NCBI RefSeq assembly: GCF_009914755.1
Contig: NC_060925.1
DNA from: the human T2T-CHM13v2.0 reference genome, Homo sapiens
Length of the DNA stretch: 64,000 bases
Strand: one strand, 5' to 3'
A program made the translations under genes and the position numbers. The first letter of the stretch is position 1. Each line of letters starts with the position of its first letter. Shown one piece after another: positions 39,542 through 53,665 of the stretch. The notes under the pieces were generated by a model. It had not been told where the DNA came from and searched no databases. It saw only the letters and a list, made by a program, of their open reading frames with translations.

Positions 39542-40347
39542 CTAATATTTATTCTGCTTGGCTGGTCGTGGTGGCTCACCTGTAGTTCTAGTACGTTGGG
39601 AGGCTGAGGTGGGAAGATCACTTGAACTCAGGAGTTGGAGAGCAGCTAGGGCAACATAGTGAGACCCTGCAACTTTAAAAAAAAGAAAAAAAAAATGCTG
39701 GGGCCAGGGTGCAGTGGCTCATGCCCGTAATCTCAGCACTTTGGGAGGCTGAGGTGGGTGGATCACTTGAAGTCTGAAGTTCGAGATCAGCCCTGCAAAC
39801 ATGGTTGAAACTCTCTAGTAAGAATACAAAAAACTAGCTGGGTGTGGTGGTGCATGCCTATAATCCCAGCTAATCAGAGGCTGAAGCAGGAGGATCCCTT
39901 GAACCCAGGAGGCAGAGGTTGCAGTGAGCCAAGATTGCACCACTGGACTCCAGCCTGGGCAACAGCAAGACTGTCTCCCAAAAAAACAAACAAAACAAAA
40001 CAAAAAATGCTGGGTGTGGTGCCACATGCCTGTAGTCTCAGCCACTCAGGAGGCTGAGGCAGGACAATTTCTTGAGCCCCGGAGGTGGAGGCTACAATGA
40101 GCCACTGCACTCTAGCCTGGGTAACAAACCAAGACCTTGTCTGATAAACCAAACCAAAAAAAAAAAAAAACATTCTGGGGCTGGGCGTGGTGTCTTACAC
40201 CTGTAATCCCAGCACTTTGGGAGGCCCAGGCAGGCAGATCACTTGAGGTCAGGACTGCGAGACCAGCCTTACATGGAGAAACTGTCTTTACCAAAAATAC
40301 AAAATTAGCCAGGTGTAGTGGTGCATGCCTGTCATCCCAGCTACTCA

Positions 40348-40479
<132 letters not shown>

Positions 40480-41148
40480 TTAAATTCTGTTCCTACTTAT
40501 TCTAAACCAGAAGTTATAGTCAAGAGTGGGGCTGTGAGTACAAGAGGTCCTGGCTTCACCAAGCCTATGCCGACTGTGGCTCACATCTGAACTTTCTCAT
40601 GTAACAACTGACCCCTTATATAGGTGTGTAAAATGAACTGAGGCATTTGAGTGCCCCAATTCTCTAAACACCTGCTGACCTCTTCCCTGGGTCCTAGGGA
40701 CACAGGCCCTGCATGCTCCAATTGTACATGGGTGTCTTCTAACTTGATCAGCTCAGTGTGGTCCGGCAGGGGTGAGTAACGGTAAGAAGCTGCTTTGAGG
40801 AGGAGTTGAGATACAAAAGATGCGCAGCAGTCAACTGACAAAGCGGGGGTGGGGAGAGTGTTTCAGTGGAGGCAGCAGCCATGTGTTGTATCCAGGTGAC
40901 AAGAGGCCAGAATAATCGAAACGTAGAAACTAGAGAAGTTGACAATCCCAGACCTTGGCCAGGCAGGATTTTATCTGGCTGTTGAGAAACAGCCATTGTA
41001 GGGCTAAGCAAAAGTGAGCTGGGTTTCACTGACCTGGAGGAGGCGGCTGCCTGCCTGCTACGCCTGGTCTGACCGCAGAGAGGCAGGTGGGCGGCTGGCT
41101 TTCAGGCCTCTGATCCCTGTCCAGGCCTCACCCACCCTGTCTTTCTAA

Positions 41149-41385
<237 letters not shown>

Positions 41386-41620
41386 ACCCAGGCCCTGGAG
41401 CTGCCAGCTCTGCCCCAGCGTGGATGGCCCACTGTCACCATGCAACAGCATGATTCTTTGCCCAGTAGAGGAGGCTGGAGAGTCCAGGCAACAGAACCCT
41501 TTCTTCCCTGTCTGCCCCGACCGACCCTCGGACCCAGTAGGATGGCAAATGCCGCCAGCTTGAACCCCTATGGGGAAAAGATGCAAAAGTGTTCAGCCAA
41601 GTGACGTTTACTAAATAGCC

Positions 41621-41626
41621 AATAAA
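41621..41626 (+). terminator. PADI6: PADI6 polyadenylation signal AATAAA
   Basis: AATAAA about 235 nt after the stop, followed by GT-rich sequence. Confidence 0.85.
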
Positions 41627-44600
41627 GGGCTGGTGGGTGTGAATGCATCTTGGCAGTGACCTCCTTGTTTGGGGAGGGGATAAGTGACAACTGAGGACAA
41701 GGCTGAGCTGAGATACCTATGGCCATGCTGGCCTGCTTGTGTGGGGGGAGAGACTTGGCTACATCAGTTGCTGTCCTTCCCCTCATCTCTAAATTATGTC
41801 GTGGCAGGAAGTGGTTGGACTTATCCAAATGGACTTAGATTATCCAAATGGATTTAAGATTATCCAAATGCTGCTCTGGTTTAAGCAACTGGGACAAGCT
41901 GGGTCTAGAGTCCAGGGCCCAGGCTAGAGGAAGGTCGAGGGCCTCCCCCTTGGGACTGGTAGGACCTGGAGGGGGCAGGCCCACGGTGGGGGTGGTGCCA
42001 TGCACGGCAGGCAGCTGGCCTCAGCAAGTGGAGGCTCTGGTCTCCTTGGGTCTGTAGGTGTGGCCTCTTTGAGAAGGCACAGCAGGGGTGGACCTGGGCT
42101 GACCCTCAGCCTGAAATGTCCCCTCCAGGGCCCAAAGCCACATATTCCCATCTGACCACCCCTGTGTTAATGGTACAGGGATGCTGTTAAGCTTTAACTG
42201 GCGCTGTGGCTCCCACCCTGCTCCTCCTGGATGATGATGACTCTAGGACACTCTAATCCTCAGGGTAGAACCTGAGAAGGGAGCCCTGTGTCCATGTCCC
42301 ACAGGGAGTTGAAGGCAGAGCTGGGCCTCAAACTAGCCCCCTTCCTAACACCTGGGGCTCTGTGGGCAGCAGGCAGGACCTGGCCAGCCTCTGCCAGCTG
42401 CTGGGGCAGTGGAGGAGGGTCATCCTAAGGAAGCGAGGCAGAAGCCAGGGTTGGGGCAGCAGGGCTGGTCTCTGGATCAGATGTGGGTTTTTATCCAAGA
42501 GCTGTGCCCTGGTGTGCCAGCTACCCCAGGACATCTTACGACATCTCGTTAACCTGCCCATGGTGGTGCAGAGTTTATGGACTACACTAGAGACCTCTTG
42601 TTGTATTCATGGCTCTGACCCCTATACCAGCCTGGGACTGACACAGACCAGGCCTTCAAATATGGGGAGGGATGGATGAGCTCATCTGCATTTTCAGATA
42701 GTCTAGAAAAGCCAAAAGAAATAGAGGACTCTGGACCCCAAGGGCTTGGGGCTCCATCTCTAGGGAAAAAGGGGAGAGGAAAGCCCTAGGGCCAGAAGGG
42801 GGACAAAAGGTTCACTCTTCCACCCCCATGGGCTTTTCCCAGGGAACTTGCCCACCTCTACCAAGGGCTGCCTTAGGGTGGATGAATTGGTCCCTCCTCT
42901 GACCCTAACTAGACCCTCACCCAGAGCTTTTCAGGTCAGCCCTGGGCCCCTCCCGCCCCACCTGCCTAAGGGTCCTGCAGGAAATCTTGGCAGCTTGACA
43001 CCCTTCTCTCCTGTTACCTCCCAGGCAGCACCATCCTGATAGCACCTGGAGAAGCACCCCCCCAGCCCTGGCTGTTAGCAGACACCTGCAGCAGAGAGCT
43101 GGGTGTACTTGGCTTGCACAGTGTTATAAACGTCTCTAAGTTAGGCACTGACAATTTACTCAAAGTCTGGATTTCCAGCTCCTGCTGCCAAGTCTTTAGA
43201 CCTGACCACACTGGGCCCGAGGCTGAAGACTCACTGGCCACACCCTCTAGACAAAGATGTGCTCCAACAGGCCCCAGTCCCCATCCCTCCCCACTGTGTT
43301 CCCCTGCAAAGGTCAGTGGTCATTTGGCGCCATGCTTGCACTACTGCTGTAGGGAAGGAGAGGAAATGCTCCCTGTACTGGCCAAAGGCAAGAAAACAAG
43401 GTAAGTGGGCTCTGTGCCTCAGTTTCCTCACCAGCGCAAGTGGGTAAGAGTTGTGCCTGTCTCGAGGTTGTTCTGAGGACTGGAGTTATTTACATAAAGC
43501 CCTAGAAAGACACGTGGCACCTCTCATTCCTGAAGGCTGGGAGACCACATCTCTGTAGAAGTAAACAAAACCCTCCATTGCCTGCATAGCAGACACGGGG
43601 CCAGGCGCAGTGGCTCATGCCTGCAATCCCAGCACTTTGGGAGGCTGAGGCAGGTGGATCATTTGAGGCCAGGGCTTCAAGGCCAGCCAGGCCAACATGG
43701 GGAAACCCCGTCTCTACTAAAAATGCAAAAATTAGTCGGGGCATTGTGGCATGCACCTGTAATCCCAGCTACTTGGGAGGCTGAGTGGCTGAGTTGAGAG
43801 AATCACTTGAACCCAGGAGGCAGAGGCTCCAAGATCATGCCACCGCACTCCAGCCTGGGCAACAGAGTGAGACTTCGTCTCAAAAAAAAAAAGAACAAAA
43901 ATCACAGGAAATGCTGGCGGGGTGGGGGGTGGGTGGGAGAGTGCTGGGGACCCAGTGTGGGGGCAGCTGAGGGTTTTGGAGATTCCAGCCCTCCCATGTG
44001 CCTCCCAACCTGCAACAGGCCATCTTTTAGTTCTCTAGAGGCACCGAGTCCTCTCCCCTCCAGGCTGCTTCAGTGCCCAGAATGCTTTTAGCAGGGGGCG
44101 ACCCCCATTTCCCTTCCAAAGCCTTGAAGGGGCTGTTCCTGTCTCCCCTTCCCTCCTCCCTGCATCCCTGCCTACTGAGTCCTCCCAGTCTGGAGAGTGG
44201 GCTCCATTGCTATTGTCTGGTGTGAACACCAGCTAAGCTGGATCCTGAGACCCTCCAGCTTGACCATCCCGCGTGGCGCTTCCGCAGGTCCCCGCCCTTC
44301 AATGTGGGGCTGGGGCAGGTGTTCGGGGCAAAGCAGGGCTGGGTAGGAACCGGCAAGTCCCCTTCCCCATTCGCCATCCTTCCAGCCCTTTTCACTCTTC
44401 CCTGGGAGCTTAAGGAGCCGCTTAGTGTGGAGGACATTGGCCAGAAAGGCTGCTGGCTTGACGGGGCAGGACAATAGCAGGAGGCAGCAGCTTTGCAGGT
44501 GAGAAAACCCCAGAGCCAAAGGCCGGGCACGGTGGCTCATGCCTGTAATCCTAGCACTTCGGGAGGCTGAGGTAGTGGGAGGAATCACCTGAGTTCAAGA

Positions 44601-45271
44601 GTTCAAGACCAGTCTGGTCAACATGGTGAAACCTCATCTCTACTAAAAATACAAAGAAATTAGCCGGGTGTGGTGGCCTGTGCCTGTAATCTTAGCTATT
44701 CAGGAGGCTGAGGCAGGAGAATTACTTGAACCTGGGAGGAGGAGGTTGCGGGGAGCCAAGATTGTGACACTGCACTCCAGCCTGGGGGACATTAAAAAAA
44801 AAAAACCTCCAGAGCCGCCCGTGGGGAGCCTGCCTTCTCTGCCCCCCCGACTTCAGGAGGCTTCTCCCATCCCCCAGCCACAGGCCTGGCAGGCCCCGGC
44901 TGCTCTGTATTGGCCACCTACACTGCCCCTGGAAGGGCAGGTGAAGGTCTCCTGGATGTTCTCGAAGCTCTCAAGACAGCCCCTCCAGGGTGGCCACAGG
45001 TCACATGGGCTCCCTGTCCTCAGCCAGGGGCAGGCTGGGGGAGCAGGGGAGGCCATCTTTGTTACTAGGATCTTTGTGGTTCCAGGCACAGGTCTTCCTA
45101 CCCGCCCCACTGTGTCCCTCAGCCAAAGCCATTTTCTCTCTGCACCCCACTTCCCTCTATAACACAGGAATAAAAAACAAACAGCCTTCCCTTCAAGACT
45201 GCCTGTGTGGCCGGGCGTGGTGGCTCACGCCTGTAATCCTAGCACTTTGGGAGGCTGAAGCGGGCAGATCA

Positions 45272-45802
<531 letters not shown>

Positions 45803-46709
45803 TCAGGGGCGAGACACACGACACTCAATTTGCAGCATGTGCCCAATACACAACAGCCAGTGTGTCAGCAGGGACGCTGCCCCCAGCAGTGGCTTCCCTG
45901 CCCACGGGGGCTCTTCCAGGGCAGGAGCATCTGATGGGAAGCTCCAAGCTGCCAAGGGGGGAGATGGGGAAACACCGTGTTTTACATTTGGACTGTCCTG
46001 CAACAGTGCACATGCTCCTTCTGCAGCTAACAGGCCATGGGAGACCGTTTCCTCCTCTCCCAAACTGGGCCAATGCCTGCCAGGAGGGGCTGGTCTGGAC
46101 ACTATTCAGCCAGTCAACACAAGGTGGCCTGCACTCGAGGTTCCAGGGATCCCAGGCATCTTTGCGGCTGCAGGGAGCCGGTGTCCTGTGCAAGGGTCTG
46201 GTCTAGGACTCTGCCCGGTATAGACTCAGCAGCAGCCTAGAAGGGAGAGTGTCCGTGATCTCTGAACCTACGACCAGCCTCCTGGTGCCCTCTGGTGGGC
46301 AGTTGGCCACAATGCCTGCACAGAGCAGCACTGGCCTGAAGCCACAGCCGGGGCCTGACCAGAGCCCCCTGCTGAAGTCTGGGGAGTGGGTGCACATGCA
46401 GTCACCGCGCTGGATGCCTCCCATGACTTATTTTTTTCCTCTCAAAGCCCCAGTGAAAATGCAAAGAACTCCACTTCTGAATTGGACAACTGAGGTACTG
46501 ACTCTGTCCCACTCCCCTAGCATTTCATGGGGCAGAGTTGGGGGATCCACTCACTTCAACCAGTGCAGTTTAAACCTGGAAGCTCCCCTGGGGCCACATG
46601 TCTCCTGGCACCACCTTCTGTGGGTGCCAGGGCTTAGGAGGTACACATATAAGGAGTTAAGAAAAACAGAGCTCCGTTCCAACCGAAAAAGAAATGCAAA
46701 ATCCAAGAC

Positions 46710-49036
46710 AGTAGACAATGTTGTTGTTTATTTAAAATGTTTACTCCAAGAAATATATATATAAAAAAAATAATAAGACAATTACAGCACTAAACCAGGC
46801 ACCTTCGACCAAATCACAACCTCCTCTTTGATTCCCCTTCACGCTAAGCCTCTTTCAAATTCTTTTTCCTGAGCTGGAAGACCAGTCAGATGCCCGCAGG
46901 GTCAGCGCCAAGCACATTCCCAACCGGGCAACTGTGTACCTTTCTCTAGGAGTGCACGACACCCTTCCCCCACAACTCCTTGTTTTAAAGGATTTAACCC
47001 ATTAGGAAGCCCATTTTTCAATCTAAGCCAGAAGGAGCTGCGGGACAAGGCAGTCTTCACTTTGAAGGTCCCTTTCCTGCTCCAGTCCCTGGGCTAGGGT
47101 TCTAGAAGAGGCTGGCTGCCACGTTTACATGAGGCCACCGAAGATCTAAGTCCAGCTAAGCCCAGGGAGGCTCCTGCAAAGGCTGGGACCTCGGGTGCTG
47201 CGTCCTCAACCCTCTCGGTGACCACGGCTCAAAGGAGAGACCTCAAGGGTGCCAGGAGCACAGGTGCCTGGGCTGCATTCCAGGAAAGAGACCTGTCCAG
47301 GGAAACGGATCAGGCTGTCGCATGGAAGCTTACGTCAGAGATGGTGGTTTTGGGGTGATTTGGACAAATTAGGTTAGTTTAGCAAAGCTCTGAAGTAGCA
47401 GAAGCTTCTCCCCTGGACTACTGATTGAACACAGAACAAGAGATGCGCGTGGCGTCAGACTAAGTCTTAGAGAGATGCAGGCCAGTCTCCTCCCACAGGG
47501 CCTTGGGACTGGCAGGACAGACACTGCTACATGCCCTCCAAGGGCAGGAGTCACGGTAAGGAGCGACTGGGGTGGAAAATAGGGAAAAAAGCAACAACAA
47601 CTACATCATTTTTGGCATTTTAACATGGAGACAGTGACAAGTGGTAACAAAGCAAAAGAAAAAAAAAACTTGAAGAGACCAATATTTAACTTTCCCATCC
47701 ACCCAAGTCTCACACTTAAGTTCTAGTCCCATCTCCCCCATAAGCACCACTGAACTAAATATCTATTTTAAAGCACCCAAACCAGTCCAGACCCTCTGGA
47801 AACCAAGAGCCCCAGCCACAGCTGTCGCCTCTCTTGGGTCCAGGCGAGAGGAGGGTTCCGGGAAAGGCACCTCATAACTCACTCAGCGCAGCACACACGG
47901 CGGCGAGCTCGGGCACTTGACGAGGACGCAGGTGGCAGTCACAGCATCCGTGCTGACACGCAAGGAAGGGGACTCTTCGGTAATCCCAACTATTTGGTAC
48001 CAGAGCCAAGCAAACGTGACTAAAGGGAGCTGGGTCAGCAGAACGGTACCCCGAGTCTCAGCAACAGGACGGCCCGCGCGAGGCAGGATCCAGGCGGGGG
48101 GGAGAAAAAGAGACCAAAGCACAAGGCGATCGAGGCTGGCACAGAAAGGGCTGATCCTTCTTGCAAGGACTGGAGAATGCACTTGACTGCTGGCTGGTCC
48201 ATCTCTTAATTGGCGAGTGCGCGTGACAAGGCTCAGCCCTGGCTCCACAGGGAGCCACCAAGCTGACTCAACTGATACAAATGTTCCCACCTCTGCCCCA
48301 CCCCCAAGTCCCCATGGTTCCACAATCACCTGATTTTCATTTGGACCTCTTTAACAGCTAAAGTAGATATAAATGGCTAAACACAGATCCCCAATCCCCC
48401 ACCAGGGGGGACACGGCCGATTCTATAATGTCGCAGCCAGAAGGCTGTGGGCGTACAGGCAGCCAAGGGGAGAAACAGAACCGACACCGGCCTAGGCCCA
48501 TCTGCAAGAAAAAGCGGAGAAGGAGTGACCCGGATGCTTCCGAAGCACGCGAGCGTGATTTTGGATGGAGGCGGGCCGGTGACTGCCTAGCTGCTGCCGG
48601 TTCCTGTAAGGGACATTTTTTCTGAGTAAATGGCGATTCCTCTTCCATGTGGCATCTGCTTGGATCACGATGCTAATTGTAACTGGAAAGGGGTGTTTTG
48701 GGGAGTGTATTCAGGAGAGGAAGAAAGAAAAAACTTAAAAAAAAAAAAAACCTAGATTGCTCAAAGTTTCTGCCTCTTTTGTAGGAATGGTAAATCAACT
48801 ATGAGCAAGTATTTTAATTCAACATTAAGGGAAAAAAAAGGACTTTGGAAAGCATACAGAAAAAAAGGTAGTTAACGTTGGATCATGTGTAAAACGGAAC
48901 CTCAGGGAGTCTAAACAAAAATGCACCTTCGGTCAACTTTTGCTTTTTTAAATTCCTCGTTTGACTTCCCGTCCCAGTGCACATGGAAATGACAGCTGCC
49001 GCGAGAGGTGTGGAGTCGGAGGAGTCTCCGGGAGCA
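46710..49036 (-). other. RCC2: RCC2 3'UTR (about 2.3 kb, no recognisable repeats)
   Basis: Lies between the stop codon (49037-49039) and the polyA signal; 3' end approximate. Confidence 0.8.
46727..46732 (-). terminator. RCC2: RCC2 polyadenylation signal (AATAAA on minus strand)
   Basis: TTTATT on +; U-rich downstream element on minus strand at about 46680-46705. Confidence 0.8.
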
Positions 49037-49141
49037 TCAGAGGGTTCGGGGGTTGTATTCTGGCAGTTTCTTGATCTTCTCTTTCTCAGTCTCACTTTCA
49101 TCTCTTGCTATCACCAAGGAGTGTGAGTAGCCCATGGCGAC
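49037..49141 (-). CDS. RCC2: RCC2 last coding exon (VAMGYSHSLVIARDESETEKEKIKKLPEYNPRTL*)
   Basis: cccag|GTC acceptor on minus; TGA stop; matches RCC2/TD-60 C-terminus. Confidence 0.95.
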   Translation of the reverse strand, partial: VAMGYSHSLVIARDESETEKEKIKKLPEYNPRTL

Positions 49142-49920
49142 CTGGGGGGACAAATCAGCGTTGGGTGTGCCTGAGGCGCCTGGACTAATCAATGCGTTGA
49201 AGAGACTCTGGAAACTGGGCTGCTAAAGCGGGTCAGCATGGAGAAAAACAGAGTGCCCTTGAAAACTGCAAAAAGCCCCTCTGCCCAAGACAGCTAGTTT
49301 CCATGTGACTGCCACCAACGCTCTGCCAATCAGAGCCTTCCAGGCTGCCCTGGGAGACCCAGCTGGAAGGAAGCCCACTGGGCCACCTCTTATCAGCAGG
49401 GACAGGTGGGGACATGGCTCCAGCTCCACTTCCATCCCCCCCCTCTCTGGCTCACAATCCTGCCTGGGTGAGGTGCACCACCCCTCTCTGTGTCTTGGCA
49501 GACAGGGCCAGCAGGCTGGCTGACTGAGCCGCAGGGGCCTCACCCCGCCATCTGACTCCTGCAGCCACGCAGCCTCTACTCTGTGGACCTGCGGACCTGC
49601 CTCCAGCCCAGTGGATCTGAGTCCTGGGTGTGATGGAGACGCGAGCGATGTGCTCGCCCGAGAGTGGATCTGCTGCGGCCAGTTGGTGCCATCTGTCATC
49701 AAGGGTGAGGACAGCCACCCAGCCTGGCCAGCAACCCTGTGCACTCTCTCCTGCAGAATGATTGTTACCTCTCAAACAAATCTTAGCGTGAGACACCAGG
49801 AAAGCCAGCTGAGATGGTAAACAAGACAACCCAAACAGACTGCGATGATCAAAATCATGAGGAGTGACATACCACTGGGTACGGACACGTCCCCGAGCTG
49901 GCACAGCTGCCCCCACTCAC

Positions 49921-49998
49921 CTGCTCTGAGAAAATGCCATCCAGAGTCTTTACCTCCTGGGCTGCAGTGGAAGACTTGGGCTTGTGGTCCCCGTAGCC
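49921..49998 (-). CDS. RCC2: RCC2 exon (GYGDHKPKSSTAAQEVKTLDGIFSEQ)
   Basis: gccag|GGC acceptor, CAG|gtgag donor. Confidence 0.94.
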
Positions 49999-52069
49999 CT
50001 GGCGAAGCAAACAAGATGTTCGCAATCGAGGATCCATGTGGCTCAGTCCACAAGTGGGGAATCACGGCAACATTTCCTGGCCCCCACTAACCAGAAGCCA
50101 GTGATGATGCCCTCTGGCCCATGACAAGCCCGGCCACCCTTGCACACAAGGGCCAGGTGGAATCATCCAAGTTTATCCACAAAAGGTGCCACCAGCAGGC
50201 GACTAGCGCTTAACCTAAGGAAGACCAAGGTGCCCAACTCTAGCCTGCAGGACTTCTGTGTGCACAAGTCCCTTCTGGGGAGTATGGCACTGGTGACAAG
50301 AGATGACACCACGAGTGCAGGAAGAATGGCAACTGCGGCCCTTCAGGACCAAAGCGACCAAGAACACGGGCTGACCAAATGCCCTTGATGCCTCCACCAT
50401 CCAGAGTGGAATAATCACCATCCAAAACAAAACAAAATAAAAGGGCTTAAGCGTGACAGGGAGACTATTAGCAATGGCACCAGAGAACCAGTTTCCCTCC
50501 CAGAGGTAGAAGGAACTGGATGAATTGGCGCAGCTAAGGGGGAGTCTTGTGCAAAGGTGTGGAGCTGGGCAATTGAAAGACTGAAGGCCCTGGCTCAGGT
50601 GAAACAGAGGGTCCCACAGGGCGGGAGAGGAGGACCCTCCCTCCCCAGCCCAGGCCTGCCCACATGTCCCTGGTTTCATCTCCTGCCAGGCCCCACCTCG
50701 GGCCTTCCCACACAGTAGATGTTCCCTCCAAGGTGCCAGGCCAACTTCTCACCCTTGAGAAGCTCCCCAAAAAGTCTCCCTTGCTCCCCTCTAGTTTCAA
50801 AATTTATATTTAGAAGGTCAAAGTCTATTTCTGATAGGCCCCAGAAAACATCCTTCCTCCTCTAAGAACTATCTGTAGAAACTGGGCCAGGCTCTGTCTC
50901 TTTCCTGTCAATGTTTCAAATCGGGCCACCAGAGCATCTGAGCCAGACTCCAAGGGTGTGCAGAGCCCCGAGAAAAAGGTGCATTCACCATCCATCCCAG
51001 CCACAGCTCAAGGGACCAAGGAACGCCCTTCCTTCCCCTCCTCTCCATCAACCACAAGAGTACCTTGCAACCACAAGAGTGCAGGAGAGGGAGACAGACT
51101 GTGCTTCTAACAAGAAATAAGGGACTAAAACTAAGACCACCAAGAGTTAAGCGGAGAATCAAACCATGACTAGTGTAGGCAGATCAGGATGCACTCCACA
51201 GCCAAGCTAGTCTTCCTAACAAAAACTCAAAGACCCGCCTTGGCCAGGTGCAGTGGCTCACGCCTGTAATCCCAGCACTTTGGGAGGTTGAGGCGGGTGG
51301 ATCACCTAAGGTCAGGAGTTCAAGACAGCCTGGCCAACATGGTGAAACCCCATCTCTACCAAAAATACAAAAATTAGCTGGGCGTGGTGGCAAACGCCTA
51401 GAGTCCCAGCTACTCAGGAGGCTGAAGCAGGAGAACTGAGAATCATTTGAACCTGGGAGACAGAGGGTGCAGTGAGCCAAGATCGCGCCACTGCACTCCA
51501 GCCTGGGTGACAGAGAAACTCCATCTCAAAAAAAAAAAAAAAAAAAGACTCACCTAGCACCAGGATCTAAGAATGAAAGACATTTGTTTGCGGAAGGCCA
51601 CGTGTGTGAAATTGAGGGCCATGAGTTCTAACCTCATCACTCAAGTAACTGGTATTAACAACAGAAACACAGGTTTAAACTCAATTTGGAAAAATGAAGA
51701 ATGTCCTCAAATCACCCACAACTGTGAGTTTCCCACTGACTTAGGCCTCCAGGGGAGAGGGAACAAACAGGCCCTTTTCCTACCATAACCCAACTGTGGT
51801 TTACAAAATGTGAGGGGAAACCGGATCTGAAAAGTCCCAATTTTCAGAGTTTACAAATGTGCAGAGATGACTCAGAATTATCTGACTAGCACAGAATTGT
51901 CCTTGAAAACTCATGGGACTCAATCGTGTTGCAAACCTTAATACAATAAGGGGGGAATCCCAAATGTTTTTCTTCTGTGTGTTTTGGGAGACAGGTGGAG
52001 AGAACCCAAAGGCCATGAGCCACCCTGACTGGCTTCCACTTCCCCTGACCCGCACAGGTGACAGCTTAC

Positions 52070-52142
52070 CAGTTCCCCAAAGGTCGGTGACGGACCCCAG
52101 CTGATGGTGCTCTCATCGGCGGCCACAATGATGCTGCTCTTC
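52070..52142 (-). CDS. RCC2: RCC2 exon (GKSSIIVAADESTISWGPSPTFGEL)
   Basis: ttgcag|G acceptor, CTG|gtaag donor. Confidence 0.94.
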
Positions 52143-53020
52143 CTGCAAACAGGCAGGCTGTCACTGCAGGGCCAGCAGCCCCAGACCTGCACCCACGCAG
52201 CTATGGCTCAAGGGCATGAGTGTGAGCTGCCACTTTTCCCTTGGCGTACTCATTCCAAGTAGCAAACACAATAACAGGGCCAACAGGTTTCTCCTCAATC
52301 CTAAGATTGTTCCGTGCAGGCCACTCAACGCTTCAACAAAACAACAAAGCCCTTAGACAGGCCTAGGGGCCAAAGGCAGGGGACCTTGCTGTGCATCCTG
52401 CACAGCTCTCTCTCAGTGGGAGGTCGCTTTGGGAAGAGGAGACCAGATCAGGATAAAGTGAAAGCCTGTTCCAGAGGGAGCAGCCTTCATGCATAATGAT
52501 TTGGGCAGGGCTAGAGCCTTCAACAGATTAAAGCCACGCCGACAGAGGCCCCTCATACTGTTCCACCCACACCTGCCAGCTGATAAATCCAACTCCTCAG
52601 CAAGAAGTGCTAGCTAACTCAACAGGTGTCCTGAAATGAACTACAAACCACTGCTGCCAAGACAATGTCGTCTTCCCAGTGTCACAGCAACTCAAGTCCT
52701 GCTACGTTTCCAACTACGTATAATTTTCAACCTGCAGCGTAGGAATACATCAAGCTCTGCTTGTTTATTTCTTTGAACAGAAACCTTCAAAATGACTTTC
52801 TTCCCACAAGACAGGGAACAGCCATCTGTTCTAGCAGCAAATGGGCCCTCTCCCCTCCTGTACCCCCGGACTCTGGGATTCAGTGTGTCAGATGGCCTGC
52901 TGAGGACAGCCCAACAGGCAGCAGAAACAGAGCCCCATCAGGGAGGGGCACCCCATGGGTGTGTCTGACACCCCCATGAAAGGAAGAGACCTCATACCCA
53001 CAGGAGATGCTGCCACCTAC

Positions 53021-53126
53021 CCACAAGCCAGGCTCCGGATTCTCCAGCCGCAGAGGTCCTGCACTGCTTTTGGGTACATGGTAGATTCACGGGAGGTGTT
53101 GGTGGCCCCCCAGAAAAACAGACCAC
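53021..53126 (-). CDS. RCC2: RCC2 exon (GGLFFWGATNTSRESTMYPKAVQDLCGWRIRSLAC)
   Basis: cttag|GT acceptor, GG|gtagg donor. Confidence 0.94.
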
Positions 53127-53484
53127 CTAAGGGAAGACAAAACATGTTCCCAGCGTGACCAGACATCGAGAGCTGAGTCTCATCTTCAGTATTATCAGGG
53201 TGAAAAGAGGACGGGATGGCAAACAAGTGTTCTGTCTAAAAGATAACTGGAGCCAGGCGTGGTGGCGTGCCTGTGCAGTCCTAGCTACTCAGGACGCTGT
53301 GGTGGTAGGACTGCTTGAGCCCAGGAGTTCGACACCGGCCTGGACAACACAACGAGTTCCTGTCTCAAAAAAATAAAGAACACTGGGAGGTAAAGAGAAT
53401 TGGGGTTCGTGGTCTAGGGACAGGACAATGGCTACACGGTTCCGCACCAGAGCACTGATAAGCCAGGGGGCAGAAATCACTAAC

Positions 53485-53665
53485 CCACTTCACTGACAGC
53501 AAAGGAGCAGGTGTAACCAGCATAGATCTGGGAAGCCCCACGCCCAGGGAAGTCAAACAGCTTCACCAGGCGGGGGACCATCTCATCCTTCTGCTCTGCG
53601 TGGCCCAGCCGGCCATAGCCACCAAAGCCCCAGGAGAAGACTCGCTTCTGGGAGTCCAGGACCAG
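53485..53665 (-). CDS. RCC2: RCC2 exon (LVLDSQKRVFSWGFGGYGRLGH...FAVSEV)
   Basis: ttgcag|CTG acceptor, G|gttag donor; RCC1-repeat signature VFSWGxGxYGRLG. Confidence 0.95.

Noticed and set aside
48358-48648. 96-aa ATG ORF in the RCC2 3'UTR
   Set aside because: Pyrimidine at Kozak -3, no recognisable homology; would need ribosome profiling evidence.
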